A DNA stretch of 64,000 nt from assembly GCF_001194135.2 (NCBI RefSeq), contig NC_068989.1, forward strand, positions 88,446,567 through 88,510,566, in the 5' to 3' direction. Of this stretch, positions 1-11,630 are shown piece by piece (position 1 is the stretch's first letter; each line of letters begins with the position of its first letter). The notes under the pieces are model-generated. The model searched no databases. It had not been told where the DNA came from and saw only the letters and a program-made list of their open reading frames with translations. The stretch is from Octopus bimaculoides. Lineage: Eukaryota. The translations under genes were made by a program, and so were the position numbers.

Positions 1-300
1 GAATGTACAGTATCCAATGTGTCCCCTTTATATTTATATATTTTATTTTTGTTTTAAGACGGCGGCAGGGTTATGGTTAGAGGAGAAATTTGGTAGAGGC
101 TACATTGCTGACTGATGACGACGATAATGATGATGGTTGTTGTTGTTGGTGGTGGTGGTGGTGGTGGTGGCGAGGACGGTGATGGTGGTCATAGCGACGG
201 TGGAGGTAGTGATGACGATCGCGGCGGCGGCGGTGGATGATGATGATGATAGTGGCGGTGGTGCGCTTCAGAGAGGAATGACGCTTGAAATATGTAGAAA
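1..300 (-). other. Candidate minus-strand exon (non-coding leader or terminal exon) extending toward or past the window edge
   Basis: Minus strand reads ...ctcagctgctgctctttcacAG|TTTCTAC, a pyrimidine tract plus CAG acceptor at 302-301. The exon is CpG-rich. All three frames close before position 77. AATAAA is present on the minus strand at 47-42. Confidence 0.4.
110..265. repeat. Mixed trinucleotide microsatellite (GAT/GTT/GGT/GGC)
   Basis: Direct reading; explains low-complexity ORFs 77..484 and 137..325. Confidence 0.9.
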
Positions 301-1443
301 CTGTGAAAGAGCAGCAGCTGAGTGAGAAAGGACCATGTACTTCTCTCAACGTAACTGATAATATAAACAAGCGAGTGTTTCGATACATAAGCAGAGGAGA
401 AGATTGGCAGTTATGTGGCATTGATAGCTGTCTCGGGGTTATTACAGGATCGGTGAGAAGATTGGGGAACGGAATTGGTGACAAAAGACAAGTTTCCTTC
501 AGCGGAAAACTGAAGCCAATTTAATTACTTTCTTTAGACGAGGAAAGTGTCATGATAAATATAACTGTCACCCAAGAATATCACTGGTACATAACATGCT
601 GGCTCCCATAAGCCAGTAGAGGCGCTCCTAAGAGATCGCTTGACTTGCTAGAAATAGTAGTGAAATCACTCTCAGATTACAGTCGACAGTTTTCTGAGCT
701 CCAAAAAAAAAAGACAAATTCGATAATATATTGTATGCATGAAAATAAACTGGAATTGTCACATCTGGAATACACTATTTTAGAATAAATGAGACGATGT
801 GATCATGATGGCATGCCCCTGATTTGCTCAGATGAGAGTGACCTGGGGTTAAACAACAACTCCGGGATAGGATATAAATGAACGATAGTAAATACTCTGT
901 CAAAGTTGCTCGACCGACTCGCTGCTGTTCCTGTACCTCACAAACTTTGGGTGGTAACATCGATTCAGTATTTGACAGGGTACTTCATTTTATCGAACTC
1001 CTACCCCAGAAGGACCAAAAGCAAAGTCGACGGGAATTTAAATTTGAACGTAGACGAGATAATAATTAGGCATAACCCTGTAGTTATGCCAATAATTAAA
1101 TACTGCAAAGTATCTGATCAGATGTTCCGCCACTTCTGTAATACACCTTTCAATAAGACCGGATATTTGGATGGAGGGGTTCAATATTTAACTGGTACCC
1201 AGCTATTAATAATTCATCGACCTCGGCCCGATTCGAACTAAGACCATAGAGGCACGTAATAGAATGCCGCAAGGACTGTGGTGTCGTTAATAACAGTAGA
1301 AATGAGATATTAGACTAAGCAATAAATATGGTGGCGGTGGTAGTGGAGATATACACACACATATAAACATACGCACACACACACACATACACACAAAGGA
1401 ATGATCGAACTGACGAGGATATCACACGTACAACGAGACAGTC

Positions 1444-1509
<66 letters not shown>

Positions 1510-1675
1510 TGCCAAACACGTACACAGTTCCTCTCTCTCTCTCTCTCCACACACACACACGGACTCTATTCCTCTTTGCTCGTTCCCTTTCATCGACCAC
1601 ACCACCTATCTAGTTCCTTCCTGTGAGAGCACTCGACATAAAACTGACACCACGATTACTTATTTATCTACTTAC

Positions 1676-1790
1676 GAGAAGAGAAACAGGACAACAAGAA
1701 TGTAGGAAGTTTATTTACTGTCGTGGAAATACGAGCTGCCGCCCTTTCAAATCTCTGGCGTGACTGAATCGAAACCACACACTTGACTGA
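1676..1790 (-). promoter_or_regulatory. Candidate minus-strand promoter and non-coding first exon
   Basis: CpG-rich patch with (GC)n at about 1800. TCAGTC initiator-like motifs on the minus strand at 1767-1762 and 1790-1785. Donor CTC|GTAAGTA at 1675-1669. No ATG in the exon. Confidence 0.35.
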
Positions 1791-1929
1791 CACACAAACG
1801 CGCGCGCGCGAGCCGACGTTCATCAGATGACGGAAATTGCTTATGAATTGAGCAGAAAATCAGTTAATTCTAAAGACGGAAATTAGCTTAACTCATAAGA
1901 TTTAACGAACTACAGGAACTAAAATGTTT

Positions 1930-2172
1930 CTCTATCATCTACAAAGCCTTTTGCTCTTCTCTCTCTCTTTCTCCCAGCATGTCTATCGTTTCCTCATCAC
2001 CAATCTCGAAATGTCCTCTCCCCTGCACTAAATATTTTTCATCATCCCTTCTTTCTCAGCACCCTGACCCTCTGGAAATCTCTTCTATGTCAACTCAGGC
2101 AGGCGTCAAGTCAAACTACATCTCACTGATCTGGAAGAACCTGTAAGTTCTAAGGCTAATAAATAAATAAAA
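1930..2172 (+). mobile_element. Decayed LINE 3' end (CR1/Jockey-like)
   Basis: One frame reads FLSTLTLWKSLL, resembling the SFFxRTxxLWNSLP LINE C-terminal motif; ends in an (AATA)n tail. Confidence 0.4.
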
Positions 2173-2811
2173 AGTCCCTTCGTGGTCGTCCGATCTACTA
2201 ACAAAACCAACGAAATCTCCCTATCTTCTTCAAATCATAATCTACCGTTTTTAAAGGACAAGTTGTTAGTTAATGGGGAATATAACATGGGTCGTGTATT
2301 AGCGTGTGTGTATATATAAAAAAAGAATGAGATCAAGAGACCAATATATATATATATATATAGATAGATATATATATATATACACATATATGTATACCTG
2401 CGTGTGTCATTGTGCCTGTGTTTCTTCCCCACCACCGCTTGACAACTGTTGTTGGTGTATTTATGTCCCCATAACTTAGCAGTTCAGCAAGAAAGACTAA
2501 CAGAATAAGTACAAAGCTTAAAAATTAAGTCCTGAGATCAATTTGTTAAATTAAAATTCTTTAAGACAGTTCTCCAGCATGACCACAGTCCAATGACTGG
2601 GATAAGTAAAAGACAAAAAATATATCCAATCCTTCTACACCAGAGTGTCACTCCTTAGAATTTCCCTCATCCAATCTTACCATTATCTAATGGTCTGCAA
2701 GAGTTAAAGACATTGCCCTCACCCCACTTCCTCCTCACTAAATCTTTAAGAAAATTCAAAATAATATGAGTATTGTCTATTTGGTTAGTTTGGGCTTTTG
2801 GGTGTATTTCC

Positions 2812-3291
2812 CCCTTTCGATACCAACCTGGCTGAAACCACCTCTGGCTCTGTACTACAAATGTCTTGTTTTCAAAAGTTTTGAATTAAAATCTTCCACC
2901 AAACCTTAGTCACAATTTATGTTGCTAACACTAGCTGAATGATAACTAAGTTATTTTACTAAATTCTTTGTTATATTTAAAATCAATTGAAAGAAACACA
3001 GAGCATCCCAACAGAAATATGGTAACAAATATAAGGCGGTGAGATGGCAGAAACGTTAGCACATCGGGTTAAATGCTTAGCGGTATTTCATCTGCCGTTA
3101 CATTCTGAGTTCAAATTCCGCCGAGGTCGACTTTGCCTTTCATCCTTTCGGGGGTCGATAAATTAAGTACCAGTTACGCACTGGGATCAATGTAATTGAC
3201 TTAATCCATTTGTCTGTCCTTGTTTGTCCCCTCTCTGTTTAGCCCCTTGTGGGTAATAAAGAAATAAGAAATATGGTAGCAAAAGGGTTAA
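2812..3291. mobile_element. TTAA-type (piggyBac-like) MITE, copy 1, interrupted by a SINE
   Basis: CCCTTTCGATACC start and AAAAGGG|TTAA end. Highly similar to the adjacent copy at 3304-3533. The SINE insertion is flanked by duplicated AGAAATATGGTA. Confidence 0.75.
3035..3267 (+). mobile_element. tRNA-derived SINE, family A (GGCGGCGAGCTGGCAGAA head)
   Basis: A-box/B-box-like head (GAGTTCAAATTCC), conserved body GGTCGACTTTGCCTTTCATCC, AATAAAGAAAT tail; more than 10 related copies in the window. Confidence 0.9.
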
Positions 3292-3303
3292 CAAATGATT
3301 AAT

Positions 3304-3533
3304 TTAACCCTTTCGATACCAACCCAGCTGAAGCCACCTCTGGCTCTATACTACAAATGTCTTGTTTTCATAAGTTTTGAATTAAAATCTTCCACCAAAC
3401 CTTAGTCACAATTTATGTTCCTAACACTAGCTTAATGATAACTAAGTTATTTTATTAAATTCTTTGTTATATTTAAAATTAATTGAAAGAAACACAGAGC
3501 ATCTCAACAGAAATACAGCAACGAAAAGGTTAA
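3304..3533. mobile_element. TTAA-type (piggyBac-like) MITE, copy 2
   Basis: TTAA|CCCTTTCG ... CGAAAAGG|TTAA termini, about 230 bp, no ORF. Confidence 0.8.
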
Positions 3534-3754
3534 TAGAGTCACCTCTGTGGCAAACATTCATATCAGTTCTCTTCCCTTTGCTTCTCTCACCAGTGTCAGA
3601 GGTCAAGCTCAAAGGTCACAGGAATTGCCTCCTCCTCCTCCTCTTTTGACTAAGCCATAAAAAGAGGAAATAAAAGATAGAATGTTATCTAAGAGGATCA
3701 GCAATGTTAACATTCAACAAAATAACCAAGTACTGAAGATACTAGGTGATGGTG

Positions 3755-4075
3755 CATAGCTTAGTGGTTACTGCATTTGGCTCATGATCATGACATCATG
3801 AGTTCGATTCCCTGGCAGGGCATGTTGTCCTCGAGCAAGATCCTTTATTTCATGTTGCTCCAATCCACTCAACCAGCAAAAATGAGTTGCACCTGTAATT
3901 CAGAAAGGACCAGCATTGTCACGTTTGGTGCATCACACTAAATCTCCTTGAGAACTACATTAACGGTACATGTGTCTGTGAATACTCAGCCACTTGCATG
4001 TTAATTTCAGGAGCCAGGCTGTTCCGTTGATCAGATCAACTGGAACACTTGCCATTGGAACCAACAGAGTGCCCA
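3755..4075 (+). mobile_element. tRNA-derived SINE, minor family
   Basis: TAGCTTAGTGGTT A-box, GAGTTCGATTCC B-box, then a CCTCGAGCAAGA core-like segment. Partial duplicate at about 4300-4350. Confidence 0.65.
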
Positions 4076-4529
4076 GCCAAGTACTGAAGGTGATACAGCA
4101 TGGTTAAGAAATTCACTTTCCAATCATCACATCTAATTTCACTGCAGATCATCCAAGGGATGTCTTTCACATCAGCTTCCAGCCAACTCAAATCTTGAGG
4201 GTGAAGTTGGATTGGCACAAACTGGGAAAACTTGGCCGATGATTCAATGGTTAGGCTTTGTCACACTGTTTTATGCTAATACTGCCAGAAGAATACATTA
4301 ATTGTACATGTGCTTGTGGAATACTCAGCCACTTGCATGATAGTACAATGAGCCTGGTTGTTCAGTTAATTGATTGATTGATTAATCATTGTTGAAACTA
4401 ATAGAAGTGCATTTACTCCATCCATCCAACTTCTCTGCCGACAACTCCTGGGAGGTCCTCAGGCACCTCCTCCATAGCAACCGTCATTACACCTTTTGGC
4501 TGGATTCCCAACTCCGACTATGAATATTA

Positions 4530-5005
4530 TCCGACCACCTTTGGAGCATTGGGCTGAACTCCTTTCAAGCACTGGGCCTCATAGAGACAATGACTGAGAC
4601 CTTTGAAGCACCTTTCGAGTGTTGGGCCTCATGGAGGCAAAGTGGCTCAGTTCCTTTTGAGTGTTGGGCTTCATGGAGGCAATGACCGAGACCTTTGACA
4701 TTATGTCATGCTTGAGAAGAAGACCCATCAAGCTGAGCGAAATCAGTCATGGCAGATACCAATGTCACACAAATTGACACGTAAATGCACCCTGGTGTCA
4801 CGCAAATGGCACCTGTGCTGGTGGCATGTAAAAGCACCCGTTGCACTTTATGAGTGGTTGGTGTTAGGAAGGGCATCCACTTGTAGAAACCATGCCAAAT
4901 CAGACTGGAGTCTGGTGCAGCTTGCCAACCCCGGTCAAACCATCCAACCCATGTCAGCATGNNNNNNNNNNGCATGGAAAATGGACAGTAAATGATGATG
5001 ATGAT

Positions 5006-5007
<2 letters not shown>
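4530..5007 (+). mobile_element. RTE LINE 3' end with internally duplicated segments and (ATG)n tail
   Basis: Repeated GAGTGTTGGGCCTCATGGAGGCAA units match the end of the RTE ORF at 18945-19130; GGAAGGGCATCCA motif; (ATG)n tail. Confidence 0.8.
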
Positions 5008-5044
<37 letters not shown>

Positions 5045-5450
5045 GCATATTTACACAATGTAAATCAGCAGATAAGATTGAACATAAAACTATGTCATAA
5101 CATCATTTAGCAACAAGTGAGATTTGTCAATTTAAGCAGAAATAACAAACAGGCAGGTCACACAGAGCTGGATAAATATTGAACATCTGACAACAAACTG
5201 TTCAAGAATACTTCACAAGTTCTGAAATGGCCATGCAGAACTTCTTCAACTAGTCAACATGATTTTACAAAAGGACATAGTAACTTTATTGCTGGAACAA
5301 GATGCGTGAAACTGTTAACACTGGCTTTAGAACACACCTAACTTGCTTGCTTGGCTTTAAAATAGAACACAAGATTCTGTTATAAGTAACTAAGCTAACC
5401 TTGCAACAAAAGAACTTCCTGAGCTTGCATACCTGATCAAGTCGCTCTTA

Positions 5451-5880
5451 ACAGATCACACTGAATTGGTCAAGGTGATTTTTACAGAACATACTGAACT
5501 GGTCAAGTTGATCATAGCAGATCACACTCAACTGGGCAAGTTGGTTTTTAGCTGATCACACTCAACTGGTCAAGGTGATTTTTAGCAGATCACAACTGGT
5601 CAAGTTGGTTTTTAGCAGATCACACTCAACTGGTCAAGGTGATTTTTAGCTGATCACAACTGGTCAAGGTGATTTTTAGCTGATCACACTCAACAGGTCA
5701 AGTTGATCTTTACAGAACACACAGAATTGTTCAACTTGTCATTCCAGAACACACTGAACTGATCACATTAATATTTACAGAACATACCGAATCAGTTAAG
5801 TTAATATTTACAAAACATACAGAACTGGTCAAGATGACCTTAAAGAATTGCCTAGTTAACTTGACCTTTACGAAACACAC
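5451..5880 (+). repeat. Minisatellite with 33-bp outer units and 34/30-bp central units
   Basis: Unit about GATCACACTCAACTGGTCAAGGTGATTTTTAGCA. Successive unit starts at 5455, 5488, 5521, 5555, 5589, 5619, 5653, 5683, 5716, 5748, 5781, 5814. Confidence 0.9.
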
Positions 5881-6543
5881 TGTTAAGGAGAGCATTCATC
5901 TGAAGAAACTATGTTCAAGCTGTCATTGGGAGCTTGGTGCAGTCCCTTGTCCATTGGCTCTTGTCAAAATGTTCAACCCATGCCAGCATGGAAAACAGAT
6001 GTTAACCAATGATGGTGGTGTGTGTGTGCCCTTGTCTAGACATTATCATCCTACAAATGAGGTTGTTTGTTTCTAGTCTTCAGTGAAAAATATGTCTGAC
6101 AGTGGGAAAATATTACTTTGCTTGGAAACAGGGGAAGATGAGCAACAGGAAGGGTATCCAGCCACAGAAAATCTGCCTCAACGAATTCCGTCTGACCCAT
6201 GCAAACATGGAAAAGTGGACACTAAATACTGATGATGATGGTGATGATGATGATGATGAGACATTGCATAACATGGTTCCATATTTGCTGTCTTTAACCT
6301 TAGGGCCTCTTGATCAGATCTAACCTAAGGTTAAACAACATCATTATCACCAATATGATCACCAAAACATCAACAATAGAATGAATAGGTACAACAAAGT
6401 TTTAATCAGATTATTGATCACTAATTCCAATCCTAGATACACTCACCTACCACTCATATCATCATCATCATCATCATTTAATGTCCATTTTCCATGTTTA
6501 TCTTAAATTTGGAAAGGATATATTATTCAATGTCACCCCAGAT

Positions 6544-6743
6544 CAGTGGTTCTCAACCTTTTTAATATCAGGGCTAGATCCAAAAACTGGGTTTTTTTTT
6601 TAGGGGGCTACACCAGAAAAAAGTAAAACACAAATCAATTAAAGAAAAATTTATTATATTTATAGAGGGAAGACTGCTGAGGGCTGCCGAAAGGATGCTT
6701 GAGGGACACATGTGGCCATGGGAGCCATGGTTGAGAACTGCTG
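6544..6743. mobile_element. hAT (Charlie-like) MITE
   Basis: TIRs CAGTGGTTCTCAACC / GGTTGAGAACTGCTG; 8-bp TSD CCCCAGAT / CCCTAGAT. Confidence 0.85.
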
Positions 6744-7199
6744 CCCTAGATACTGCTACCAGCCCAAGGTCCAGTCCCAGTTGAAGTGTGGTGGCTTCTC
6801 TGACTCAATATGACACAGCAGAGTGCAAAGTCCTACTAGCCCCAAACACACACACCTGCTGGACAGGTCAAAGGACAGAGGCCAGACTACTATGGACCAC
6901 CTCTTCTCTGAGGTAAAAATGGGTTTTGTGTAGGACTAACATCCCTACTTAGAAGAAAAAGAAAGCAGTTACAGAAGCATTGATGATAGTTCTAAACCAA
7001 CAAAATGTGGGAGAGGAAGACCTTCCCTCAGGCAAAGATGACACAGAGCAGCAAAATCTGAAATGAAACCAACATCCTGCATTACACGTTTGGCCTTAAC
7101 CTGAAACCCAAAGTGAAGGGGAAAAAAGGACAGTCTCAGACTGGCTGAAAGTGGGATATTGTGGCAGAGCTGAAAAAGCAGGGACTCAATTGGAGAAAC

Positions 7200-7380
7200 C
7201 TGCAACCCAATGTGATGGGGAAGGGAGGACCCTAACCCTTAAAAATAGCTGGAGCAGGATACTGAGAGAGCTGAAAAAGCAGGGACCCAACTAGAGAGAA
7301 ACAGAAAAGATGGCCCAAAGTCAAGAATAGTGGAGAAAAGCAATTAATGGCCTAGATTCCATATGGAGTTAAGAGCTTAA
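7200..7380 (+). mobile_element. RTE LINE C-terminal coding fragment (decayed)
   Basis: Reads GRTLTLKNSWSRILRELKKQGPN*RETEKMAQSQE*WRKAINGL, matching the RTE C-terminus pattern also seen at 46370-46836. Confidence 0.6.
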
Positions 7381-8017
7381 GTATAAAAAAGGTGTAGATA
7401 CCACTAAAAAGATCCTAGATGGTCATAGTTGGAATGCTTTTGATTATAGATCTGCCTGTCAATTGGGGGGGGGGTCTCCTAAATGACAACAACAACTGAA
7501 CCCAAACAACAATGGTATTATGAACATAATTACTGTCATTACCAAGACAGGGTTCTCTCCTTATAAACATCACTATCACCACCGCCACTACTACTAGTAC
7601 CACCACTACTATAGTACTGCTATAGTACCACCACCACTGCTGACAGCTATTACTACCCCCACCGACACTGCCATCATCATCACTACTACAGACATCACAA
7701 CCACCAATGCTGACACCCTTGGTACAAAACACCACCACCACCACCACCAATACAACAGAGTTTTGTTCAAAGCAAACAATATTGTGTGTGTGTGTGGAGA
7801 TGTTCTTATGTATCTGAGAGAGCGTGGGTGTGTACATGTATGAGCATGAGTGGACATGAGTATATGCATGAGTGGACATGCATTTGGACAGATGTGTATG
7901 AGTGTGCACACATGTAAGAATGTGTGTGTCCTGAGAGGAAGTTAACCATTGCTCTAAGCTTTCTTGTACTCTAACCAAACCAGTGTAACAAACCTCGGTA
8001 CTGAACAGAGCGGACAC

Positions 8018-8070
<53 letters not shown>

Positions 8071-8554
8071 TTATATGTGCCTCAAATATGCAAGCTTGTA
8101 ATTATAGCAGTACATGTGTGAGCATGTGTGTACATCCGTATACATTTGTGTAAGCATAAATAGCAATGTTTGTCATCATCATCGTTTAATGCTTGTTTTC
8201 CATTCTGATATGGGTTGGATGGTTTCACAGGAGCTGGTAAGGCCAGAGGAAGCACAAGACTCCATTGCTTTTTTCTGTGGCACCAGTACCAGTGCATATT
8301 ATGCGGAACCAGCACCGTTGCTTTTAACGTGACACCAACAATGACTGGGTCATCGAGTACCTTGTAAGACAAAAATTCCTCAACTGAGAAAGCAGGAGTA
8401 GGATTGACAGGGTGTAGATTTGTGCCAGTTGAGAGGTTTAAGGTATAAAGGGGACAGATATGGGTGTTTTGCTGAAGAATAAATACATGGTACATGTTTC
8501 TATGTACTTTAGGTTTGTATGCTTCTAAATGTATCAGTAAATGTGTGAGCATGT

Positions 8555-8960
8555 ATATATATTCTTTTACTTGTTTCAGTCATTTGACTGTGGCCATGTT
8601 GGAGCACCACATTTAGTCAAATGAATCAACCCTAGGACTTATTCTTTGTAAGCCCAGTACTTACTCTATCAGTCTCTTTTGCCAAACAGCTAAGTTACGG
8701 GGGACGTAAACACACCAACATTGGTTGTCAAGCAATGGCGGGGGGACAAATACAGACACACAAACATATATATATATATATACACACATATATATAGATG
8801 GGCTTCTTTCAGTTTCCATCTACGAAATTCACTCACAAGGCTTTGGACAGCCTGAAACTAGAGAAGACACTTGCCCAAGGTGCCACACAGTGGGACTGAA
8901 CCCAGAACCATGTGGTTGGGAAGCAAGCTACTTACCACACAGCCATGCCTGCGCCTATGT
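8555..8960 (-). mobile_element. tRNA-derived SINE, family B (GGAGTGGCTGTGTGGTAAG head, internal AT/GT microsatellite)
   Basis: Full-length copy: head, CCTTGGGCAAGTGTCTTCT core, GGAAACTGAAAGAAGCCC, tail GAAACAAGTAAAAGA. About 20 full or partial copies in the window (e.g. 10730-11030, 15175-15350, 33215-33390, 34828-35030, 35872-36015, 44945-45300). Confidence 0.9.
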
Positions 8961-9404
8961 ACATCCGTATACGCTTGCATATGGATGCATATATATGCAT
9001 TGTTCATTTTGTTTAATGCCTGTTTTTCCATGCTAGAATGGCTTAGACAGGAGGTAAATTGAGACAGGATTTTTACAACTAGATGATTTTCCTGTCATCA
9101 AATCTTACCTTTTCTCAAGTACAGGGGCCATAACAGAAAATAGTTGCCCAAGGTACTGCATAGTGAGATTGAAACCAAAACCATGCGATTGAGAAGTAAA
9201 TTTCTTAACCATACAGTAAAGCCTATGCATATATGTATAAATCTGCATGTAGATGTGGCAGTGCGATAAGAAATCTGCTTTTCAACCACATGGTATTGGG
9301 TTCAGTCCTGCTGTGTGGCATCCTAGGCATATGTCTTCCACTATAGCCCCAGACAAACCAAAGCCCGCTGAGTAGATTTGGTAGATGGAAACTGACAGAA
9401 GCCT

Positions 9405-9439
<35 letters not shown>

Positions 9440-9952
9440 ACGTGCGTGCATGTGTGTGTTATCATCTCCAAGCCTTGACAACACATGATAGTTGAGTCAC
9501 AGCCATACAAGTGGTGTCATTTGTTTTTCAGCTTCCATGAAACATGTCATTAAAACAGTGATGATGATGATGATGTGTTTTTTCTTAGACAGTAGGGTGT
9601 AGTTTGGGGAAGACCTGGTGGCTATTTCTTTGCAGTCAAAAAACCACACAATGACCCATACACTGGGTCATGATGCAGTAGCAGTAGCAGTGGTAAAGCC
9701 CTACGTTAGTCTTAAGTAGATCTACAATCAGAATTATGATTAAGCAGATCTGCAATCAAAGACACTCCAACAGAGACCAACCATCCTGCTATGAACAATG
9801 TATAAAATACTTTGCAGACCAATGTGATCTTCCTAGCAGGTTGATGATGGTGGTGGTGGTGGAGGTGGTGACAATGGCAGTCATTAAGGTGGCAACCGGA
9901 ATGGTGAGGAAAATCATGGAATGGTAACAGCCTGAAGAAACTATAAATATCT

Positions 9953-10125
9953 TGCCCTTTAGCATCCAGATCATTCTGTCAAATGTAAGGCTTATTTATT
10001 CACATTGCTTTGAATTAATCATAAATTATCTCATAGCTTTGAGATTTCAATGATGTGACTGTTTATTTTTAGAATGGCATTGTAGGATGTGTGTGAGAGG
10101 CTGGATCTGGCTGGCTTAAACATAG
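9953..10125. mobile_element. Partial TTAA-type MITE (CCCTTTAGCA family)
   Basis: Related in inverted orientation to 40015-40215 and to the complete copy at 49546-49774. Confidence 0.65.
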
Positions 10126-10209
10126 AAAGAAAAGGTAGAAGCCAAAAAAATCTTGTAAATAAAGTAAATAAGATAAGAGAAAAAGGGAGAACACAGTTTT
10201 GGTACTTAC

Positions 10210-10289
10210 CTAATCAAAACATTTGAGAATCAGCAAACATGTTGATTCCTCCAAGAACCATTGGAAGAGATCCACCAAGTTAAGTAAAC
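10210..10289 (-). other. Candidate 80-bp internal non-coding exon carrying a 15-codon uORF
   Basis: Acceptor tttcaatttctattctatttAG at 10291-10290 and donor TAG|GTAAGTA at 10209-10203. Stops in all three frames. ORF MVLGGINMFADSQMF* at 10261-10214. Confidence 0.55.
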
Positions 10290-10364
10290 CTAAATAGAAT
10301 AGAAATTGAAATTATTAAAGAATAAAAGTAACAACACATAAGCATACAGACATAAATGTATATA

Positions 10365-10680
10365 TCATCATCATCATCATCATCATTTAACGTCCGTCTT
10401 CCGTGCTGGCATGGGTGGGACGGTGCCACAAGAGCCGGCCAGGCCGAAACCTGCCCCAGGCTTCTGTGACCGTTTTGGAAGGATTTTTACAGTTGGATGC
10501 CCTTCCTAATACCAACCACTCAGCAGAGTGGACTTAATGCATTTTACGTGGCACAAGCACAGGCGAGGTCAGTTTTGGCTAGGTTTTTACACTTGGATGT
10601 CCTTCCGAACACCAACCACTTTACAATGTGAAATGGGTGCTTTTTAAGTGGCACCTGCACTGACAGGGTCCATACATTTA
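10365..10680 (-). mobile_element. RTE-derived 3' end retrocopy with (ATG)n tail
   Basis: (CAT)n TTTAACGTCC...GGATGCCCTTCC family; about 20 copies in the window. Confidence 0.85.
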
Positions 10681-11179
10681 TATCTGTATGCACAGGTATA
10701 ACTATGTCGCAAGATGTTTGCTTGGGTAAGTGTCTTCCATTACAGCTTCGGGCTAACCAAAGCGCCTTGAGAGTGGACTTGGCAAATGGAAACAGAAAGA
10801 AGACCGTCGGGTGTGTGTGTGTGTGTCTGTCTGTATTCCCTACTGCCATTTGAGAACTAGTGTTAGTGTGTCTGTGTCCTCATAACTTAGTGGTTCAGCA
10901 GAAGAGACTAATAGTAATAGATACCAGACTTTTAAAAAGTAAGTATTGAGTTTGATTTGTTAATCTAAAGTAAAATTCTTCAAGGTGGCGCTCAAGCATG
11001 GCCACAATCTAATGACTGGAACAAGTAAAAGATACACATACATGCATACAGACATAAATATATATTCTTTTATTCTCTTATTTGATTCAGTCATTTGGCT
11101 ACGGCCATGCTGGAGCACTGCCCTTAGTTGAACAAATCAACCCCAGGACTTATTCTTTGTAAGCCTAGTACTTATTCTA

Positions 11180-11560
11180 TCGTCAGATTGATTAGTGCCA
11201 GGCGTGGTTAGGGGAAAAAGCAATATGGATGACAACAGATGAGACACATGAGTGAAGATTACTTGAGTTGCACTTATATGAGACCAGTCAGCACTGAAGA
11301 GCAGAAGCCATTATAGTAGAAAAAGCAGAGAGAGGAGACAGCATGTCTATGGGTCAAAGGTTAGTGTATGTTTATAAATTACTTCAAGTCAATCAATAAA
11401 ATGGTCTGTCTTTAGATGCAGCCTAGGATGTCTGTTATGTAGAGTAGCAACAAAACTCCAGACATAGGAACATTACGCCATTGTGCGTCTCACTGGAGCT
11501 TGGTAGAGGTCCAGTGGTAGTTGTGAGGATGAAGTATTCTAGCCTGAAGATGTGTGTTCA
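11180..11560 (-). mobile_element. Strongly decayed LINE reverse transcriptase fragment
   Basis: Minus frame NVPMSGVLLLLYITDILGCI resembles the RT GVPQGSVLxPxLFLLYINDL motif; many stops. Confidence 0.35.
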
Positions 11561-11630
11561 CCAGGAGAGATTTTCAATGTGAGGCCTAATTTCTGTAGCA
11601 ACCTTGAAGATTTTAGTTATTTGTGTTTAA

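Noticed and set aside
285-524. 79-aa plus-strand ORF (MKYVETV...)
   Set aside because: No recognisable domain, splice context or promoter; the length is compatible with chance.
3035-3110. tRNA-like sequences at SINE heads
   Set aside because: A/B boxes are present, but they run into SINE bodies and I could not fold a complete cloverleaf; not tRNA genes.
5150-5900. Ankyrin-repeat gene
   Set aside because: The period is 11 aa, not 33 aa; no TPLH motif; frames are broken. Kept only as an unexplained coding-like minisatellite.
10210-10289. In-frame TGA (HVC*F) as selenocysteine
   Set aside because: No resemblance to a selenoprotein motif I know, no SECIS visible, and no upstream coding exon to supply the frame.
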